A stretch of 64,000 nucleotides of DNA from an uncultured Acidobacteriota bacterium (GCA_963700145.1 OY969474.1:3488001-3552000); one strand, 5' to 3'; shown: positions 43,175-52,806, counted from the first letter of the stretch. Translations and numbers: made by a program. The notes: a model not told the origin generated them from the sequence alone.

Positions 43175-43750
43175 CTCCCCGCTGCCGAGGGAAAGCTCTT
43201 GGACGCTCCGGGAAAGCTCCCGAGCGTGCGGGGTGAGCTCTCGTGCGCCTGCGAAAATCTCCCCGATGCCGGCTGCGGGCTCCCGCGTGCCCGGCGAAGG
43301 CTCTGCGACGCCGGGTGAAAGCTCTGCGCCGCACCCGGATGACTCCCCGACGCCGGCGGAGGGCTCTTCGACGCGTCCGGAGGGCTCTGCCGGACGGTGG
43401 GAGCGGAAACTTTCACGCACGGAGAAGGCCCGGACCTCGCCAGCAAGCTCTCCCGCGGCGCCGGCCGACTCCTCCGGAGCGCCAGCGGGCTTCGCCGCTC
43501 GGAGAAGGAGCTTCGTCGGACGGAGCGAAGGCTCCGGAAGGCCGGGAGAACGCTCCCCGCGTCCGCGGGAACGCTCCCCGGACGTGCGGGAGCTTTTCCT
43601 CGCTCGCCGGGAGTATTTCCTCGGCGCCGGGAACACTCCCGGGCGAGCTGGGCGCATTCCCTGAGCGTGCGGGAGCTTTCCTCGCGCCGCGGGCGCATTT
43701 CGCTGCTCTCCGGGAACGCTCCCCGGCTCGCCGGGAGAATTCTGAGGTCT
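43175..43750. repeat. Degenerate 21-nt-period array (core GAAAGCTC/GAGCTC-like)
   Basis: gctc recurs at 21-nt spacing; the + frame reads heptads RESSWTL RESSRAC GVSSRAP GEGSATP GESSAPH AEGSSTR. Confidence 0.7.
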
Positions 43751-43782
43751 GCCGGGGTCTGACCCTGCGCTAGCATCCGAGG

Positions 43783-44409
43783 ATGCCCCACCGCATCGCG
43801 CTCCTGGTGACGGGGGCCTCCGGGATGCTGCTGCCGCGGCATCTGCTCCGCCGACTGGCGGAGCATCCGGAGATCGAGCGCGTGCACTTGGTCGTCTCGG
43901 CCGGGGCGAGCCAAGTGCTGCGGCACGAGCTGGGGGCGGAGGCGACTGGTGCCGAGGACCTGGTCGAGGCGGCGGGATTGGGCGCGGAGGCGCGGGGAAA
44001 GGTGCGGGTGCACCGAGACCGCGAGCTGGACGCGCCGATCGCCTCGGGGTCGTACACGCTAGCCGGTGCGGCGGTCCTGCCGTGCAGCGCCGCCACCCTG
44101 GGGGCTCTCGCCATCGGCGCCGCCCGCACGCTCATCCACCGCGCGGGCGCCGTGGCGCTCAAGGAAGGTTGGCCGCTCGTCCTCGGCTTCCGCGAGACGC
44201 CCTACAGCCTGGTGCACCTGGAAAACATGCGCCGCGTCCACCTCGCCGGCGCCACGCTCCTGCCGCCGGTGCCGGCCTTCTATGTCGGCGGCGAAGACAT
44301 CGAGCGCTTCCTCGACCACTACGCCCTTCGCGTCCTCGACCGCTTCGGCCTCCGCGACCCGGGCGAGCCCGGGTTGCGCTGGGGAGAGCTAGCGGCGCCC
44401 GGAGAGTAG
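43783..44409 (+). CDS. ubiX: Flavin prenyltransferase UbiX family
   Basis: VTGASG, APIASGS, PCS..TL, LIHRA..ALKE..RETP..HLENM and PVPAFY. Confidence 0.9.
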   Translation: MPHRIALLVTGASGMLLPRHLLRRLAEHPEIERVHLVVSAGASQVLRHELGAEATGAEDLVEAAGLGAEARGKVRVHRDRELDAPIASGSYTLAGAAVLPCSAATLGALAIGAARTLIHRAGAVALKEGWPLVLGFRETPYSLVHLENMRRVHLAGATLLPPVPAFYVGGEDIERFLDHYALRVLDRFGLRDPGEPGLRWGELAAPGE

Positions 44410-44413
44410 GGGG

Positions 44414-44665
44414 CTACGGAGCGACTCGCTGTCCTGCCGCGAGCGTCGAATGCAGAGCGTCGGGTGCCAGGTCGGCGCCGGTCGGCCAGCAGATCACGCC
44501 GAACTCGTCGATCGACACGGCGCGAAAAACGGCGAGGTCGCGAAGAGGCTCGAAGACCGGGCCGAAGAGCCGATCGGCGAGATCGATCTCACCCCGGAGG
44601 CCGTCCTCGAACTCCACCGCCAACCGGTACCCTTCGAGGGGATGTACTGCGGTAACCCGATACAC
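44414..44665 (-). CDS. DUF2442 family protein (putative antitoxin)
   Basis: VTAVHPLEGYRLAVEFEDG..GPVFEPL..ICWPTGADLAPDAL. Confidence 0.85.
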   Translation of the reverse strand: MYRVTAVHPLEGYRLAVEFEDGLRGEIDLADRLFGPVFEPLRDLAVFRAVSIDEFGVICWPTGADLAPDALHSTLAAGQRVAP

Positions 44666-44667
44666 GG

Positions 44668-44928
44668 CTAGTCCAGTGGCGCGATGGCGACCAGGGGCTG
44701 GTGAGCCTCGGTGCGACGCCAATTCTCCTGCAGCTCGTGCCGGTGGGCGAAAGCCCACTCGAGAACCAAGGACAATGCCCGGCGGGGAAGCTGGCCCTCG
44801 AGTACGGTGAGGGTGTCGATCGCCACTTGCGCCGCGTCGCCTCCGTAGTAAGCGTGGAAGTGCGGGGGAGGGTGATCGTCGTAGTACATGCGAATCGTGA
44901 TCCCGAAGAACTGCGACACCGTGGGCAC
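44668..44928 (-). CDS. DUF4160 family protein (putative toxin)
   Basis: MPTVSQFFGITIRMYYDDHPPPHFHAYY..EWAFAHRHELQENW..IAPL. Confidence 0.9.
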   Translation of the reverse strand: MPTVSQFFGITIRMYYDDHPPPHFHAYYGGDAAQVAIDTLTVLEGQLPRRALSLVLEWAFAHRHELQENWRRTEAHQPLVAIAPLD

Positions 44929-44993
44929 TCAGCTCGCCTCCGGGAACCCCTTTGCCACTCGTGTGATTCTAGCTCCGGCAGCGGCCCATGCCG

Positions 44994-45809
44994 CTACTTC
45001 GCGATCAGCGCCGCCGCGCGCAAGGTGGACTCGACGACGGCTTTGATGAGGGTGACGCGCAGGCCGCCTTCCTCGAGGGTGAGGAGGCCGTCGATGGTGC
45101 AGCCGGCGGGGGTGGTGACGGCGTCCTTGAGCAGCGCCGGGTGCTCGCCGGTTTCGAGGACCATCTTGGCGGCGCCGAGGCAGGCCTGGGCGGCGAGCTG
45201 GGTGGCGATGGCGCGCGGCAGGCCGACCTTGACGCCGCCCTCGGCGAGCGACTCGATGACCACGTAGACGAAGGCGGGGCCGCTGGCCGACAGCGCTGTG
45301 ACCGCGTCGAGGTGCTTCTCGTCGAGCACCAGGGTGCGGCCGACGGCCGCGAAGAGCGACTCGGCGAGCGCCAGGTGGCCGGCGTCGGCGTGGCGGCCGG
45401 CGCAGAGCACGGTCATGCCGGCGCCGACCAGCGCCGGGGTGTTGGGCATCGTGCGCACCACCGGCGAGGGGTGCGAGAGCTGCCGCTCGATGAGGTCGGT
45501 GGTGGCCGAGGCGACGATCGAGACGAGGAGCTGCTCGGGAGCGAGCGCCGGGGCGATCACGCCGAGCACCTCGGCGAGGGCCTGCGGCTTGACGCAGACG
45601 AGGACCACGTCCGCTCCCGCCACCGCCGCCGCGTTGTCGGTCGTCGTCTCGACCCCGAGGCGGGCGCCGATCTCGCGCGCGTTGTCGGGGTGGCGGGTGG
45701 TCGCCACGACCTGCTCGCGCCGCAGCGTCCCCGCCTCGAGCAGGGCGCGGATGAGCGTCGAGCCCATCTTCCCCGCGCCCACGACCGCGAGTCTCTCGAT
45801 CTGCCGCAT
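44994..45809 (-). CDS. proC: Pyrroline-5-carboxylate reductase
   Basis: VVGAGKMG, VKPQ, RTMPNTP, TALSASGPA and VTTPAGCT. Confidence 0.95.
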   Translation of the reverse strand: MRQIERLAVVGAGKMGSTLIRALLEAGTLRREQVVATTRHPDNAREIGARLGVETTTDNAAAVAGADVVLVCVKPQALAEVLGVIAPALAPEQLLVSIVASATTDLIERQLSHPSPVVRTMPNTPALVGAGMTVLCAGRHADAGHLALAESLFAAVGRTLVLDEKHLDAVTALSASGPAFVYVVIESLAEGGVKVGLPRAIATQLAAQACLGAAKMVLETGEHPALLKDAVTTPAGCTIDGLLTLEEGGLRVTLIKAVVESTLRAAALIAK

Positions 45810-45867
45810 GTCCGCCTCCCGCGCTCGACGATAGCCGAAGCGACGCTCTTGTAGGCTTTCGGCCCTC

Positions 45868-47214
45868 ATGGCCGAGACCGACCTCGTCGTCCGCAGCCGG
45901 CAGGCTGTGCTTCCGGACGGAGTCCGGCCAGCGGTGGTGCACGTGGCGGGGGGGCGGATCGCGGCGGTGGCGGGGTTCGACGAGGTGCCGGAGGGGGTGC
46001 CGGTCTTCGACGCGGGGGAGGCGGCACTGCTACCTGGCGTGGTGGATACGCACGTCCACGTCAACGAGCCGGGGCGGACGGAGTGGGAGGGGTTCCGGAC
46101 GGCGACGCGGGCGGCGGCGGCGGGCGGGATCACGACACTCGTGGACATGCCGCTCAACAGCGTGCCGGCGACGACCTCGGCGGCGGCGTTCGAAGAGAAG
46201 CGGGCGGCGGCGGCGGGGCGGTGCTGGGTCGATGTCGGCTTCTGGGGGGGTGTGGTTCCGGGTAATGAAGGAGAGCTGAGCGCGCTCTGGGAGGCGGGGG
46301 CGCTGGGGTTCAAGGCGTTTCTGGTGCCCTCGGGTGTCGAGGAGTTTCCCTCCGTTGAAGAGTCCGATCTGGCGAGCGCGTTGCCGATCCTTGCCGGCCT
46401 CGGCGCGCCGCTCCTGGTTCACGCCGAGCTGCCGGGGCCGATCGAGGCGGCGGCCGCGCAGCTCGCCGCTGCCGACTGGCGCTCTTACCCCACTTGGCTC
46501 TCCTCCCGTCCGCCGCAGGCCGAGGTCGAGGCGGTCGAGCTGCTCGTCCGGCTGGCGCGCGAGCACGACGCGCGCGTCCACGTCGTTCACGTCGCGGCGG
46601 CGGAGGTCCTGCCGCTCGTGGCAGATGCTCGCGCGGCGGGAGTCGCGTTCACCGCCGAGACCTGTCCTCACTACCTGTTCTTCCGCTCCGAGGAAATCCC
46701 CGACGGCGCCACCGAGTACAAGTGCGCGCCGCCGATTCGTGACGGGGCGCATCGCGAGGCGCTCTGGCTCGGGCTCGCCGACGGCACGCTCTCCCTCGTG
46801 GCTTCCGATCACTCCCCCAGCCCCCCTGCGATGAAGAGCGGCGACTTCCGCGAGGCGTGGGGCGGGATCGCCTCGCTGCAGGTCTCGCTGCCCGTCGTCT
46901 GGACGGAGGCGCGCCGGCGCGGCCACGGGCTCGCCGCCCTCGCCGAGTGGATGAGCCGCGCGCCCGCGGCGCTCGCCGGTCTTGACGAGCGCAAGGGGGC
47001 GATCCGCGCCGGGCTCGACGCCGACCTCGTGGTCTTCGATCCGGAGGCGGAATTCACGGTGGACGGCGCCCGGCTCGAGCACCGCCATCCGCTCATCCCC
47101 TACCAGGGCCGCCGCCTCGCCGGCGTCGTGCGGCAGACCTTCCTGCGCGGCGAGTTGGTCTACGATGGCGGCCGCTTCCCGCCGCAGGCCATGGGACAGC
47201 TCCTCCGCCGATGA
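45868..47214 (+). CDS. allB: Allantoinase
   Basis: DTHVHVNEPGRTEWEGF, DMPLNS, GFKAFL, ETCPHYL, KCAPPIR, SDHSP and AWGGI. Confidence 0.95.
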   Translation: MAETDLVVRSRQAVLPDGVRPAVVHVAGGRIAAVAGFDEVPEGVPVFDAGEAALLPGVVDTHVHVNEPGRTEWEGFRTATRAAAAGGITTLVDMPLNSVPATTSAAAFEEKRAAAAGRCWVDVGFWGGVVPGNEGELSALWEAGALGFKAFLVPSGVEEFPSVEESDLASALPILAGLGAPLLVHAELPGPIEAAAAQLAAADWRSYPTWLSSRPPQAEVEAVELLVRLAREHDARVHVVHVAAAEVLPLVADARAAGVAFTAETCPHYLFFRSEEIPDGATEYKCAPPIRDGAHREALWLGLADGTLSLVASDHSPSPPAMKSGDFREAWGGIASLQVSLPVVWTEARRRGHGLAALAEWMSRAPAALAGLDERKGAIRAGLDADLVVFDPEAEFTVDGARLEHRHPLIPYQGRRLAGVVRQTFLRGELVYDGGRFPPQAMGQLLRR

Positions 47215-48698
47215 CCGACGCCCCCGCGCTGGTGGACCTCGCCGCCGAGCGGCTGGGGGGCGCCGTCCTCGCCGCCAACGACGAGTTCTTCGCCGAGAAG
47301 GAGAACCTGGTGCGCGAGGCCGAGCCGGTCTTCGTGCCCGACCGCTACACCGATCGCGGCAAGTGGATGGACGGCTGGGAGACCCGCCGCCGCCGCACAC
47401 CGGGGCACGACTGGGCGGTCGTGCGGCTCGGGCTTCCCGGGGTCCTGCGGCAGGTCGTCGTGGACACCAGCCACTTCAAGGGGAACTACCCGGAGTCCTG
47501 CTCGCTCGACGCGCTGGCATCCGATGGCGGCATCGAGGACGACGCGCCGTGGGTTGAGGTGTTGCCGCGTACGCCGCTCGCAGGGGACGCGCGCAACGCT
47601 TTCGCCGTCGCCAGCTCGTACCGCTGGAGCCACTTGCGGCTCAACATCTACCCGGACGGCGGCGTTGCCCGCCTGCGGGCGCTCGGGGAGGTGGTGGCCG
47701 ATTGGCGCGACGCCGAGGGCGCGGTGGACCTCGCGGCGCTGGCGCGCGGCGGGCGGGTCGTGGACGTCAGCGACCGCTTCTTCGGCACCCCCGACCGGCT
47801 CCTCCTCCCCGACCCGGCGCGCGGCATGCACGACGGCTGGGAGACCCGCCGCCGGCGCGGCCCCGGCAACGACTGGGTGATCGTGCGGCTCGGCGCGGAG
47901 GGGGAGGTCGAGAGCGTGGAGGTGGACACGTCCTTCTTCAAGGGGAACGCGCCCGGGAGCTGCGCGCTCTGGGCCTGCGCGAGCGACGAGGAGGTGCCGC
48001 CGGCCGATGCCGCATGGCGCCAGCTCCTGCCCGAGACGCCGCTTTCACCCGACGCGCGGCACTGCTTCCGCGATGAGCTGCGCCGCGGCGGGCCCACAAC
48101 CCACGTGCGGCTCGACATCTTCCCCGACGGCGGCGTGGCGCGCCTGCGCGTCGTCGGCTTGCCGACGCCCGCCGGCCGGCTCGCCGCCGGCCTGCGCTGG
48201 CTCGACGCTCTGCCGCCGGACGAGGCCGAGCGGGAGCTGCTCGCCGTCTGCGGCGCGCGGGAGTGGGCGCGGCGGATGGCCGCGGCGCGCCCCTTCGCGA
48301 GCTTCGACGCGCTCGCCGCCGCCGCCGACGCGGTCTGGGCCGGGCACGCTCCGGCCGATCGGATCGAGGCGCTGAACAGCCACCCGCGCCTGGGCGAGCC
48401 GCCGCGCGGCGCGGATGCCGAAGCGCGCTGGGCGGCGGCTGAGCAGTCCGGGACGGCCGCCGCCGGCGGCGACGCGCGGGCGCGCCTGGCCGAGGCCAAC
48501 CGCCGCTACGCCGAGCGCTTCGGCTGGACCTTCGTCGTCTGCGCCACCGGGCGGAGCGCCGAGGAGATGCTGGCCGCCTTCGAGCGCCGCATCGGGAACG
48601 ACCCGGAGACCGAGCTCGCCGTCGCCGGCGAGGAGCAGCGGCGGATCATCGGGCTCCGCCTGGCGAAGCTCCTCGGCGCGACGGCAGGAGGGAAGTGA
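47211..48698 (+). CDS. alc: Allantoicase fused to a C-terminal OHCU decarboxylase domain
   Basis: Two DGWETRRRR and PDGGVARLR repeats, then WARRMAAARPF..SHPRLG..EQSG..YAERFGWTFVVCATG..EQRRI. Confidence 0.92.
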   Translation: MTDAPALVDLAAERLGGAVLAANDEFFAEKENLVREAEPVFVPDRYTDRGKWMDGWETRRRRTPGHDWAVVRLGLPGVLRQVVVDTSHFKGNYPESCSLDALASDGGIEDDAPWVEVLPRTPLAGDARNAFAVASSYRWSHLRLNIYPDGGVARLRALGEVVADWRDAEGAVDLAALARGGRVVDVSDRFFGTPDRLLLPDPARGMHDGWETRRRRGPGNDWVIVRLGAEGEVESVEVDTSFFKGNAPGSCALWACASDEEVPPADAAWRQLLPETPLSPDARHCFRDELRRGGPTTHVRLDIFPDGGVARLRVVGLPTPAGRLAAGLRWLDALPPDEAERELLAVCGAREWARRMAAARPFASFDALAAAADAVWAGHAPADRIEALNSHPRLGEPPRGADAEARWAAAEQSGTAAAGGDARARLAEANRRYAERFGWTFVVCATGRSAEEMLAAFERRIGNDPETELAVAGEEQRRIIGLRLAKLLGATAGGK

Positions 48699-48699
48699 G

Positions 48700-49041
48700 A
48701 TGGCCGGCCTGAGCACGCACGTCCTCGACCTCGCGACGGGCCGCCCGGCGGCCGGCCTGCAGGTGGCGCTCGAGACCTGGTCGGACGGCGGCTGGGAGGT
48801 GCTCGGCACCGCCCTGACCGACCCCGACGGCCGCGTCCGCGAGCTGCTGCCCGGCGGGCGCAGCCTCGACACCGGCCTCTTCCGGCTCACCTTCGCCGCC
48901 GGCGACTACTTCCACGCCCGCGGCGTCGAGAGCTTCCACCCCGAGGTCGCGGTCGTCTTCCAGGTGCGCGACCCGCTCGTCCACCACCACGTGCCGCTGC
49001 TGCTGGCGCCGTGGGGCTACACCACCTACCGGGGCACCTGA
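48700..49041 (+). CDS. uraH: 5-hydroxyisourate hydrolase (transthyretin-like)
   Basis: LSTHVLD..GRPA..TDPDGR..HHHVPLLL..YRGT. Confidence 0.95.
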   Translation: MAGLSTHVLDLATGRPAAGLQVALETWSDGGWEVLGTALTDPDGRVRELLPGGRSLDTGLFRLTFAAGDYFHARGVESFHPEVAVVFQVRDPLVHHHVPLLLAPWGYTTYRGT

Positions 49042-49901
49042 TGAACGTCACGCTCGCCGACAACAACTACGGCAAGGAGCGCGTGCGGCTGGTCAAGGTC
49101 GAGCGCGGCGCGGGCGGCCGCCACACGCTGCGCGACCTCACCGTCTCGCTGCGGCTCACCGGCGAGTTCACGGTGGCGCACGTCGCCGGCGACAACGCCG
49201 AGATCCTCCCCACCGACACGATGCGCAACACCGTCTACGGCTTCGCCGCCGAGGGGCCGCTCGGGGCGAGCGAGGAGTTCGCGGCGCGGCTCGCCGAGCA
49301 CCTCCTGGCGAGCGGCCCCGAGGTGACCGGGGCGCGGGTCGCCGTCGAGGAGCGGCCGTGGCGGCGGCTGGAGGTCGGCGGTGCGGCCCACCCGCACGCT
49401 TTCGAGGCCGCCGCCGAGCGGCACACCGCCGAGGCCTGGCGCGGACGTGACGGCGGCTGGACCGAAGGCGGCCTCGCCGACCTGGTGCTGCTCAAGACCT
49501 CGGGCTCCGGCTTCGCCGGCTTCCGGCGCGACCGCTGGACGACGCTGCGCGACACCGCGGACCGCATCCTGGCGACGCGGCTCGCGGCGCGCTGGCGCTA
49601 CGCCGCGCCGGCGGACGGCGAGCAGATCGACTACGCCGGCAGCCACCGCGTGGCGCGGCGGCTCCTCGTCGACACCTTCGCCGCCCACCGCAGCCGCTCG
49701 CTCCAGCACACGCTCTACGCGATGGCCGAGGCGGTCCTCGAAGGGCGGCCCGAGCTGAGCGAGATCCACCTCTCGCTGCCCAACATCCACCACGTGCCGT
49801 TCGACTTGTCGCCGCTCGGGATGCAGAACCGCGACGAGGTGTTCGTGGCGCTGCCGGAGCCGCACGGGTTGATCGAGGCGACGGTGCGGCGGGCGGGGTA
49901 G
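49041..49901 (+). CDS. pucL: Factor-independent urate oxidase (uricase)
   Basis: NNYGK, PTDTMRNTVY, LKTSGSGF, DRILAT, SLQHTL, PNIHH and PHGLIE. Confidence 0.92.
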   Translation: MNVTLADNNYGKERVRLVKVERGAGGRHTLRDLTVSLRLTGEFTVAHVAGDNAEILPTDTMRNTVYGFAAEGPLGASEEFAARLAEHLLASGPEVTGARVAVEERPWRRLEVGGAAHPHAFEAAAERHTAEAWRGRDGGWTEGGLADLVLLKTSGSGFAGFRRDRWTTLRDTADRILATRLAARWRYAAPADGEQIDYAGSHRVARRLLVDTFAAHRSRSLQHTLYAMAEAVLEGRPELSEIHLSLPNIHHVPFDLSPLGMQNRDEVFVALPEPHGLIEATVRRAG

Positions 49902-49918
49902 CGCGCACCAAGAGCCTT

Positions 49919-50005
49919 GTCATTCCGAGCGGAGCGAGGAATCTGGGGGCAGGGTCTTCGTGCCGGCTTCCCCCCGCCCAGATCCTTCGCTGCGCTCAGG
50001 ATGAC
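49919..50005. repeat. REP/MITE-like inverted-repeat element, copy 2
   Basis: gtcattccgagcggagcgaggaatctggg...cccagatccttcgctgcgctcaggatgac; supplies the stop codon of the convergent ORF. Confidence 0.85.
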
Positions 50006-51447
50006 GGTGGGGGTGGTTGCAGGGCTGCCGTGAGGACGAGCATCCCGCCGAGGTCGTCCGGCACCTCGACCCGCCAGGCGAGCCGCACCGGCCAGCCGCG
50101 CACGGCGAGGACCCGCCCGCGCTCGACCCGTGCCGGCACCGGCACGACGCGCGCGACGAGCGACGGCAGATTGATCTCGCGCATCAGCTCACCGGCGCCG
50201 AGCGGCAGCTCGGCGCGGAAGCGCAGCCGCCGGCGGAGGACGGTCGTCTCCACCTCGTAGGGGATCTGCAGGCCGCCGGCGTCGACCGCGAAGCCCACGC
50301 CGCCGCCGCGCTCGACCAGGGCGAGCGGCAGCACGGCCTCGAGCGCCGGCCGCACCCGGATCGGCGCCGAGAAGCCGACGCCGTAGAGGGTGCCTTCGAG
50401 AATGCCGGCGCACTCGCCGGTCATCGCCGCGTGCAGCGTCATCCGCCCCTGCCGCACGTCGAGCCGGCAGCGGGTGACGTCGAGGTGGCCGGCGAAGTCG
50501 GCGAGGTCCACGGCGCTGGGCAGGTCCGCGCCGAGGAGGCGCGACGGGCGGGTCCAGACCCGCGGCAGGCGATCGATCGCGAGTTGCACGTCCTCGCGCG
50601 GCGCAACCGCCTGCGCGAGGAGGTCGGCGAGGAGGGTGCCGCGCACGGCGAGGCGGAGGTCGCTGCGGCGGTACGGCGGCGGCGGCGCGCGGACGGCGAG
50701 CGGCGCGGCGCCGGCGCTGTCCACGACCAGCCCGACCCACTCCGGCGTCGCCAGTGCCCGCACCCGGCGGCTGCCGAAGCTCCAGGTGCGCGGCGGCACG
50801 ACGATCTCGATGCGCCCCCCGGCGAGGCGCCGCCGCACCGGCCGCGAGCGGGCTGGCGCCGCCATCCCGGCCGGCAGCCGCAGGTCGGGGATCTCGAGGC
50901 TCTTCTGCATGCGCAGCGTCAGGATCGGCGCCAGCGCGCGATTGAGCAGCGGCCAGCGCGCCAGCGTGCGCACCGAGGCGACGCGGAAGTACAGGGCGCA
51001 GGCGCCGTCCGGCGAGGCGCGCGAGAAGGCGAGGTAGCGGACGGCGATCGGGCCGTGGTAGAGGCCGAGCCGCCAGTCGAAGTCGGCGCGGGCGGAGACT
51101 TCGGCGTAGCCGTCGCGGAAGCGGGTGTCGATGTGGGTGATGCGGAAGCGGTTGCCGCGGCGGGTGAGCTGCTCGTAGCCGGCGAAGCGGCCGAGGAGCT
51201 CGCCGACGAGGCGGCTGGAGAGGGCGATCGCGAGGTCGTGGCGGCCGCCGGCGAGCCGCGCCTCGGCCTCGCGGCTGGCGGCGCGCGAGCCGGCGATGAG
51301 CGCCTGGAGGTCGCGCTCGCGTCGGACGAGCTCGCGCGCGGCGCGCCGGTGGAGGAGGGTGAGGGCGCCGGCCGCGGCGAGGAGCAGGACGGTGAGGGCG
51401 AGGACCGCGCCGCGTAGGGTCCGCCGGCGGAGCGGGTGGCGCGCCAC
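49996..51447 (-). CDS. Hypothetical membrane-anchored protein
   Basis: 483-aa ORF with an N-terminal TM helix, immediately downstream of the DUF6986-like gene; no recognised motif. Confidence 0.6.
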   Translation of the reverse strand: MARHPLRRRTLRGAVLALTVLLLAAAGALTLLHRRAARELVRRERDLQALIAGSRAASREAEARLAGGRHDLAIALSSRLVGELLGRFAGYEQLTRRGNRFRITHIDTRFRDGYAEVSARADFDWRLGLYHGPIAVRYLAFSRASPDGACALYFRVASVRTLARWPLLNRALAPILTLRMQKSLEIPDLRLPAGMAAPARSRPVRRRLAGGRIEIVVPPRTWSFGSRRVRALATPEWVGLVVDSAGAAPLAVRAPPPPYRRSDLRLAVRGTLLADLLAQAVAPREDVQLAIDRLPRVWTRPSRLLGADLPSAVDLADFAGHLDVTRCRLDVRQGRMTLHAAMTGECAGILEGTLYGVGFSAPIRVRPALEAVLPLALVERGGGVGFAVDAGGLQIPYEVETTVLRRRLRFRAELPLGAGELMREINLPSLVARVVPVPARVERGRVLAVRGWPVRLAWRVEVPDDLGGMLVLTAALQPPPPSS

Positions 51448-51453
51448 GGCGAA

Positions 51454-52806
51454 TCAGCCGTGGGCGCGCGCGAGGATGGCGACGAACGAGCGGGTGGCGA
51501 GCGCTTCGCGCGGCAGGCCGGTGCGCGCCAGCACCTCCTCCTCGTCGAGGGCGCCGCAGCCGAGCGCGCGCAGGAAGTAGTTGAGGAGGCCCTGGCCGGT
51601 CGCGGCGTCGTCGAAGACGTCGCCGACCAGCGTCGCCTGCGCCGCCTTGGCGAGGAAGTTGCGCAGCCGCTCCGTCGCCGCCTCCAGGCCTTCGAGGAAG
51701 AAGGTGTAGACCGCGGCGTAGCGCACGGGGAGCTGCGCCGGGTGGAGGTCCCACCCCTGGTAGTAGCCCTGGACCAGCGAGCGGCGGACGTGACCGTAGT
51801 GCAAGCGCCAGGCAGCGTGGACGGCGCGGTGGTTCTCTTCGGTTTGCGCGTCGGTGAGCGCCTGGCCGTCGCGCGCTCGGTGCGGCGCCACCGGCAGCAC
51901 GTTCGTCGCGCCGTCGGAGAGCTCGACGCCGGAGCCGGCGAGCCCCACCTGCATGACGTGCTTGGCGAAGTCGCAGACCGGGTGGTCCATCGTCTGGTAG
52001 GCGGCGGTGATCTCGCACAGCGCGGTGTAGTCGTAGGTGCCGAAGTGGGCGGCGGCGCAGCGGCCGCCGGCGGCCTCGACCAGCCGGCGGACGTTGGCGC
52101 GCCCGTCGGCGTCGAGAATCGCCTGCGGCGTCTCGATCATCAGCTCGAGGCGGAGCGCGCCGGCGGCGAGGCCGAGACCGCGCTCGAGGCGCCCGAGGAG
52201 GTCGGCGAGCGCCGCGACCTGCTCCGGCGCTATCACCTTCGGCAGCGTCACGACGAAGCCGTCCGGCAGCCGCCCGCCGGTCGCGCGGCAGAGCGCCGTC
52301 GTGAAGAGGTCGAGGGTGCGCAGGCTGCGCGCCGCGAGCTCGGCCGAGAAGGGCTTGATGCGGATGCCGACGGCGGGCGGCAGCGTGCCGGCGGCGAGGC
52401 CGGCGGCGACCTCGCGCGCCGCGCTCGCGGCGTGGCCGTCCTCCTCCTCGTCGGGGCGGACGCCGTAGCCGTCCTCGAAGTCGATGCGGAAGTCCTCGAC
52501 CGGCTCGCGCTCGAGCTTCGCCGTGACGCGCGGGTAGACCGGCGCCATCAGCGCCGGCTCGACGCCGAGCGCCGCAGCGAAGCTCGCCGCGTCGGGCGCG
52601 TAGACCGAGAGCGCGCGCAGCGCCAGGGCACCGAGCTTCGCCGCGGAGTCGGCGGCGAAGAGGTGGGCGCCGCCGTAGACGGTGTGGACCGCCTGCCGCC
52701 GCCCCCCGGCGCCGGGGTACTGCCGCGCCAGGCCGCGGGCGACCTCGCCGAGCCGGGCGAGGACGTCGCCGGCGTCGCCGAGGGTCGTGGCCGGCGCCTC
52801 GCTCAC
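51454..52806 (-). CDS. DUF6986 / HpcH-citrate lyase beta-like (PEP-kinase fold) enzyme
   Basis: VHTVYGGA, FRIDFEDGYG, GIRIK, TLPKV, MIETPQA, HFGTYDY, LSDGATN and YQGWDLHPAQL. Confidence 0.8.
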   Translation of the reverse strand: MSEAPATTLGDAGDVLARLGEVARGLARQYPGAGGRRQAVHTVYGGAHLFAADSAAKLGALALRALSVYAPDAASFAAALGVEPALMAPVYPRVTAKLEREPVEDFRIDFEDGYGVRPDEEEDGHAASAAREVAAGLAAGTLPPAVGIRIKPFSAELAARSLRTLDLFTTALCRATGGRLPDGFVVTLPKVIAPEQVAALADLLGRLERGLGLAAGALRLELMIETPQAILDADGRANVRRLVEAAGGRCAAAHFGTYDYTALCEITAAYQTMDHPVCDFAKHVMQVGLAGSGVELSDGATNVLPVAPHRARDGQALTDAQTEENHRAVHAAWRLHYGHVRRSLVQGYYQGWDLHPAQLPVRYAAVYTFFLEGLEAATERLRNFLAKAAQATLVGDVFDDAATGQGLLNYFLRALGCGALDEEEVLARTGLPREALATRSFVAILARAHG

